This document shows positions 55,821 to 64,000 of a DNA stretch of 64,000 nucleotides, one piece after another (the first letter of the stretch is position 1; every line of letters begins with the position of its first letter). The position numbers and the translations under genes were made by a program. The stretch is from Eledone cirrhosa (Eukaryota). The stretch is from contig OZ024742.1 in the NCBI GenBank assembly GCA_964016885.1, forward strand, positions 52,390,001-52,454,000, written 5' to 3'. A model generated the notes under the pieces. It searched no databases. It worked only from the letters and a program-made list of their open reading frames with translations, and was not told where the DNA came from.

Positions 55821-55884
55821 CACATACATACACATACAAGTACATCCATACACACATACATATATACACATACATATACATACA

Positions 55885-55934
<50 letters not shown>

Positions 55935-57024
55935 CATATATATACACATACACACACATACATACACACATACATATATACATATATATATGCGTACACA
56001 CGAGCACATAAAGACACATATATACATACACATATATATACACATACATCTAAATGGTGGCTGCCAACTCGTTTTCGAGTACGGCCACTACTTTATATCC
56101 ATGTAGGAGAACCCCTACCGATGTGCTGAACGAGTGTGACTTTTTAGTCCAGCCAGCGACTTGAAAACTCTGGTACAAACACTACACTTGTGACAATTAT
56201 TGACACATAGTGCAGGGCCCATGGTACCATGTGACAACAAGTGCAGAGAGATCTCCAGATATAAAGCAATGCCTGTGCCGTGAAGCTTTTATAGTGAGCA
56301 AAGGCACTGCACAAAGCCAGTCCCACTCTCTTAACCAAGATGATATTTACCAAAAAGAAGAACAAGTCAACATCATTGGATACCATCAGAGTTGCAGGTG
56401 TTATATCAGAGTTTTCCTTCTCCTAGAATTCTGCCTTGACAAAGGCTAAGGGGTCATCTCTCCCGGAGTTTTCCTTCTCCTAGAATACATACATACATAC
56501 ATACATACATACATACATACATACCATGCATACATACATACATGCATACATACATACAAGCATACATACATACATACATACATACATACATACATACATA
56601 CATACATACCTGCATGATGATGGCTGCCCCCTCGTTATCGAGTATGGCCATTGCACGAGGAGAAAGAAAAAAAAAATAATAATAATAATAAATAAATAAA
56701 AAAAAATAAAATAAAATAAAAAGAAGGGGTCATCTCATACATAAAATAAAATAAAAAGAAGGTGTCATCTCATACATATACACATACAGAAACATACACA
56801 TATGTACACTCATATATACATATATGCACATACATACACACACACACATATATATAGGTACATACATATACATACACACACATATCAACATATATATCTA
56901 TCCATACATATATATACATATATACACATATATATATACAAACATACACATACATACATATACATATACATATATATACACACATACACACATACATATA
57001 TATACACACATACACACATACATA

Positions 57025-57064
<40 letters not shown>

Positions 57065-58057
57065 TACAAACATACACACATCCATACATATATATACATA
57101 CACACACACACATACACACACCCACATACATATAAACCCACACGTACATACATCCATACATACCTACACACATATATGTGTGTGTCTCACCGTTCACTCA
57201 GATATTCATGTGTATACATAAGAAGAGGGGGGGGGTAGTGGAATGGAATTTTACCTCCGAGTGTTAATTCATTTTTTCGTGTTCAGTAGTGGTTTAAATT
57301 TTTCAATGAAGAATTATTCTTTATATCTGCGGAAATGTTCGTTATCCGACCATATCTTGAAGAAAGGGAAGGTTGTGAACTTTCCCTTCCCGCATGATGC
57401 AAAGTGTGCGCTACATGTGGTATTTCTGACTGTGAGGTCTTTAATTTGTTGTTTATGTACCCGCACTCTATCATGTAATCCCGTTCTGGTTTCCCCAATG
57501 TAATACTCTTTACACTGTCGACATGTTGCGCAATATATTAGGTTTTTCGTTTTGCAGATCATGTTAGCATTGACCTTGAAATTATCATGGTTTTTGAAGG
57601 ACAACTGTTTGCCCTCTTCGATGAGTTCACAGGTTCCACATCTAGGGTCCCCGCATTTCGTCACTTGCATTGATTCCATGTTGGTCGTAAATTTTGCCTT
57701 GGTAATTAGTTTTTTAAGGTTGGGTGCTTGGCGTCTGCTATAAATTATCTGTGTGTTTTTTAAGAGTGCATTCATTTTGGTAGATTGCTGTAGAATCGGG
57801 AGATACTGCTTAACAGTTTTCACAATGTTGATGTTCCCTGGGTTGTGAGTAATGACAAAAGAGATAGCAGGGTTTTCTTTTTTATGTTGTGGGTTTGGTT
57901 TTCTCAGTGTTGTTATTGGGATGTTCTTAGACTTGGAGATGGCTGTGTTGATGAGTTTCATCGGGTATTCTTGTTTTTTAAGGAATTTTTTCAGGTCACA
58001 TAATCTTTTTTCTTGTAGTACGGGGTGTGTTGCTATAGTGCATATATACACATACAT

Positions 58058-58120
<63 letters not shown>

Positions 58121-58207
58121 CATATATATACGCATACATACACATACATACACACATACATATATACATATATATATGCGTACACACGAGCACATAAAGA
58201 CACATAT

Positions 58208-58282
<75 letters not shown>

Positions 58283-59058
58283 CATGTGGAGGTATGAGTA
58301 CATATTCGTGTGTGTACGTATGTGTATGTGTGTTTTTATATGTGTCTCTATATGTTTTTGTGTATGTATGTGGATGTATTTGTACATGGGTGTGTGATTG
58401 ATGGTGTGTGCCTATATATTCCTACATATGCCCGTGTGTGTATGTACGTATATACGCACATATGTGTGTGTTGAACAAAGGACTAATTTTGGGATGGACG
58501 TAGAAAATATCTTCAGAAAAAAAGAAAAAAATAATTATTTACAAACTTGACAGGTGCGATTTGCCTGTGACCATTCTCAACACAAAAGGAATACAAAAAG
58601 CTTTTTCCCCTGAATAAAGGAATTTTTCGAGAATGACCGGGGCAGGCCGCACTTGCTACATTTCTCCCCACCCAACCCTACTCACCGTCTCAACTCATTA
58701 CTGCTATTAACACTTTTTCAACACAGCTACACCCATGCACTTATTAAAGGGGGAGAAAAGAAACCCCCACCACACCACAGACATGTTAAATCCCTATATA
58801 TAGAACAACACACCACATACACATCAGTTTGACAAGCGCACCTCAGCGTGAAAGGTTGTTCTAAAAACGAAACAATACCTCCTACGTTAACCAAGAACTC
58901 CTAAGACCTAACCAACAACCAACAACTTAATTTATAAAATAATTTTTTTTAAGAAAAAAATAATTTTTCTAATCCGGAAAAAAATTCTTTTTGGATTTTG
59001 TGAAGAAAATAAATTTGTTGAAAGCACAATTGAAGCCATTTTTTTCTTCCCCCCTGTC

Positions 59059-59065
<7 letters not shown>
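54687..59065 (-). mobile_element. 5'-truncated Neptune-type PLE flanked by ~785-bp inverted pseudo-LTRs (54687-55470 / 58280-59065)
   Basis: GIY-YIG at ~57250-58035 (-): [53 protein letters not shown]; the arms are near-perfect reverse complements. Confidence 0.9.
56053..56436 (-). mobile_element. Non-autonomous RTE derivative nested in the PLE 3' microsatellite
   Basis: Reverse complement of 16934-17316; extra short pieces at 56466-56486 and 56610-56655. Confidence 0.75.
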
Positions 59066-59122
<57 letters not shown>

Positions 59123-59327
59123 TATGTACACGTACATACATATATGTATACAGACGTACAGTAGTATGTATATATATATATACAAACATGCACGCATATG
59201 TATATATGTACGTATGGATTCACCGAACATTTATTATAATGCTCGATGTGTTTGCAAACAAACATCCCGTATTAAGCCGTAGTGTCTAGCAACTATCGTT
59301 GCTCGTTTGCTCAACACTGACAAAGGA

Positions 59328-59370
59328 ACGCTGTACTAGTTTCAAGCTTATTTGCTATCGTCAGCAACGT
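59328..59370 (-). ncRNA. Minimal type I hammerhead (family A)
   Basis: Minus strand: acgttg-CTGACGA-tagcaaataagctt-GAAA-ctag-TA-cagcgt. Confidence 0.75.
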
Positions 59371-59550
59371 ATACCTTCCTGCCAGATTGTTGAACGTATA
59401 TACTAACCTTATGCATATTAACGGCTGAGTAGCCCAATTTGCATATCGAGTGGGTTAATCGGCCGGGTGCACCGAAAACGATAAACGGAAAAAATGAAAC
59501 GAAATTTCATAAGGTAAGTATATACGTTCAACAATCTGGCAGGAAGGTAT

Positions 59551-59593
59551 ATGTTGCTGACGATAGCTAATGAGCTTGAAACTAGTACAGCGT
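59551..59593 (+). ncRNA. Minimal type I hammerhead (family A)
   Basis: atgttg-CTGACGA-t agct aatg agct t-GAAA-ctag-TA-cagcgt. Confidence 0.8.
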
Positions 59594-59856
59594 TCCTTTG
59601 TCAGTGTTGAGCAAACGAGCAACGATGGTTGCTAGACACTACGGCTTAATACGGGATGTTTGTTTACAAACACATCGAGCATTATAATAAATGTTCGGTG
59701 AATCCATACGTACATATCTATATGTGTGCATGTATGTATATATATATATACATACTACTGTACGTCTGTATACATATATGTATGTACGTGTACATACTTA
59801 TATTTAAGTAACAGCCGTACTAAGAGTGGGAAATGAAATTTCGTTTCATTTTTTGC

Positions 59857-59904
<48 letters not shown>

Positions 59905-59906
<2 letters not shown>

Positions 59907-60835
59907 GTTTACATATATATATATGTGTGTGTGGTGTGTGTTTTGCAACGGGTCACTTTGTGGCTCAATGAAGAATTAATAAATTAAATAATCAGAGCTA
60001 TATATCATAAAACATGTCTATAGAATCACCAGATAAAATATATACCGTTTCCTCTCCCAATTAGCATAATTAACCATATAAAAAATTGATTAGACCAAGC
60101 TATAAAATAACCGAAAGCAGCCCTTCCGGCATGGGACGGAGTATTTCGACAGCCTGTGTAAATCGACCAGATTTTTACACCAAACATAATTAGGTGTAAA
60201 ATAAACTAGGAGAAAAGTGAACATATTTAGTTACCTCTACCATGGTTTCCTCCGTATTTTAAGATATTCGATAAGATCGGACATCTCGAGCATCAGACTC
60301 TTCAGGAGTTAGCTCAAATTTAGACAATTAATTTTCCAAAGTGATCGCGCCAAGAATACATTAAACAATGGCTAAGAATCGTGACGTAGCAGCGATCAGG
60401 TTAGAAAGAATGTGATTAGTTGCTTACGGTTGGTGGCTTTTTGCTAGAAAGCGCAGTCCAATACAGCCAAAATTGTATCTCAACCTAACGGGAGATTATT
60501 ACATATAAAGTTTTATACATATATATATATGTGTGTGTTTTGCAACGGGTCACTTTGTGGCTCAATGAAGAATTAATAAATTAAATAATCAGAGCTATAT
60601 ATCATAAAACATATCTATAGAATCACCAGATAAAATATATACCGTTTCCTCTCCCAATTAGCATAATTAACCATATAAAAAATCGATTAGACCGAGCTAA
60701 AAGAATAAAGGCTTCTATGAAGAAATCTCCGATAAATAACCGAAAGCAGCCCTTCGCGGCAGTTGCAACGGAGTATTTATCGAGTATTTCGACAGCGTGT
60801 GTAAATCGACCAGATAGACAGTCAACCAAACAGAT
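59905..60835 (-). repeat. ~600-bp unit in 1.5 tandem copies with a hammerhead (retrozyme/pLTR-like)
   Basis: ttttgcaacgggtcactttgtggctcaatgaag at 59941 and 60538. Confidence 0.8.
60231..60311 (-). ncRNA. Type I hammerhead motif with long loop II
   Basis: Minus strand: taactc-CTGAAGA-gtctg...cggag-GAAA-ccatgg-TA-gaggta; palindromic ACCATGGT. Confidence 0.65.
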
Positions 60836-63169
<2,334 letters not shown>

Positions 63170-63362
63170 AGGAAAATGTATGACCCCAACAGCAGAGCTC
63201 AAGCCGTTTCGACGGCTAATTCTAGTCCCGAAATAGCCGTCGAAACGGCTTGAGCCCTGCTGTCGGGGTCATATATTTTCCCATTACCCACTCTACTACC
63301 CTAAGTATTGAGTACTCTGGTGCGTCATGGTCCATCTGGTTCCTTACCACAACTCCTTCGTT
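63170..63362 (+). repeat. Family C fold-back element with ~110-bp palindrome
   Basis: ggaaaatgtatgacccc..ccgtttcgacggcta-attctagtcccgaaa-tagccgtcGAAAcggc..gTCggggtcatatattttcc plus the family C tail. Confidence 0.85.
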
Positions 63363-64000
63363 ATATATATATGTATATATATATATATGTATACATTGAT
63401 TTATTATGGCTATTGATGAGCTGTGTTACTCTCAAGTTTCACCTGCGCACTCTCAAGATCAACAGTCATGCCTAATGATCCTGTAAGTACATAGGTACCC
63501 AGAGTAATAAGGCTCATCACCTTGCCATAATAAATTAATATTTAAACTTTACTTCGGTATTGGGTTTTCCTTCTTACATCCATCAATAATTCACGTACTC
63601 CCAGACCTATTATTTTATTTTACATTAAAATAAAACATTATAAACAACAAAAAAGGAGCATTACATGAAATCCTATATTTACGGACGTAAACGATTACCG
63701 TCCTATTATTTGAGACCCTCGGCGGAAATTGAAATCAAAACGTAAAGGACCATAGCTCTATGCAGAAAAGCATATTGTCTCTTGCTCTACAGCCACGAGC
63801 AATCCCCCGCCCTATTGAGGTTAATAAATCTGATCACATTCAAGACAACAGTAAATGGTTTCGAATGCATATTTCTGCAGACCAGAAGGTGGATGATGAG
63901 GCTGAGCTGCAATAGCCTGTGGCTTATGTTAGAAATTTCCTGTGTGCACTTGTCTGATGATACAATATTTGTGTGTGTGTGTATGTGTGTGTGTGTGTAT

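Larger units (their letters stand above)
59120..59860. repeat. Family A palindrome (minus copy 59120-59510; plus copy 59512-59860)
   Basis: Same sequence as 6200-7744, in head-to-head orientation. Confidence 0.9.

Noticed and set aside
58822-58870. TTGACAA-gcgc..gcgt-GAAA in the pLTR (mirror at ~54885-54930)
   Set aside because: Core and stem II are present, but I could not form stem I, so it is not listed as a ribozyme feature.

Overview
AT-rich, repeat-saturated eukaryotic DNA with very long (TA)n/(TATACA)n/(CA)n tracts. The SINE type and microsatellite content suggest an octopus or other cephalopod (inference). I find no supportable host gene, rRNA, tRNA gene or CRISPR array. The window is a nest of mobile elements. 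Penelope-like elements (PLEs): Neptune-type at ~0.8-3.6, 28.0-33.2 and 54.7-59.1 kb; Hydra-type at 3.7-5.1 and 18.4-19.0 kb. Other retroelements: two Tx1/L1-clade LINEs, RTE fragments and internally deleted RTEs, CRE-like fragments and tRNA-derived SINEs. DNA transposons: a hAT-like transposase remnant and a MITE. The main signal is about 15 type I hammerhead ribozyme (HHR) motifs read by eye, from at least 8 non-coding repeat families. The best case is a near-identical 591-bp tandem unit (41054-42309 and 53941-54630) with one U3-A8 variant hammerhead per monomer, i.e. a retrozyme-like element that could yield circular RNA. There is also a ~430-bp HHR family with covarying stems and a TIR-like end, a ~600-bp HHR tandem, and short fold-back elements whose inversion points lie in hammerhead stems. 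All coordinates and pairings were read manually; no folding or database search was run.
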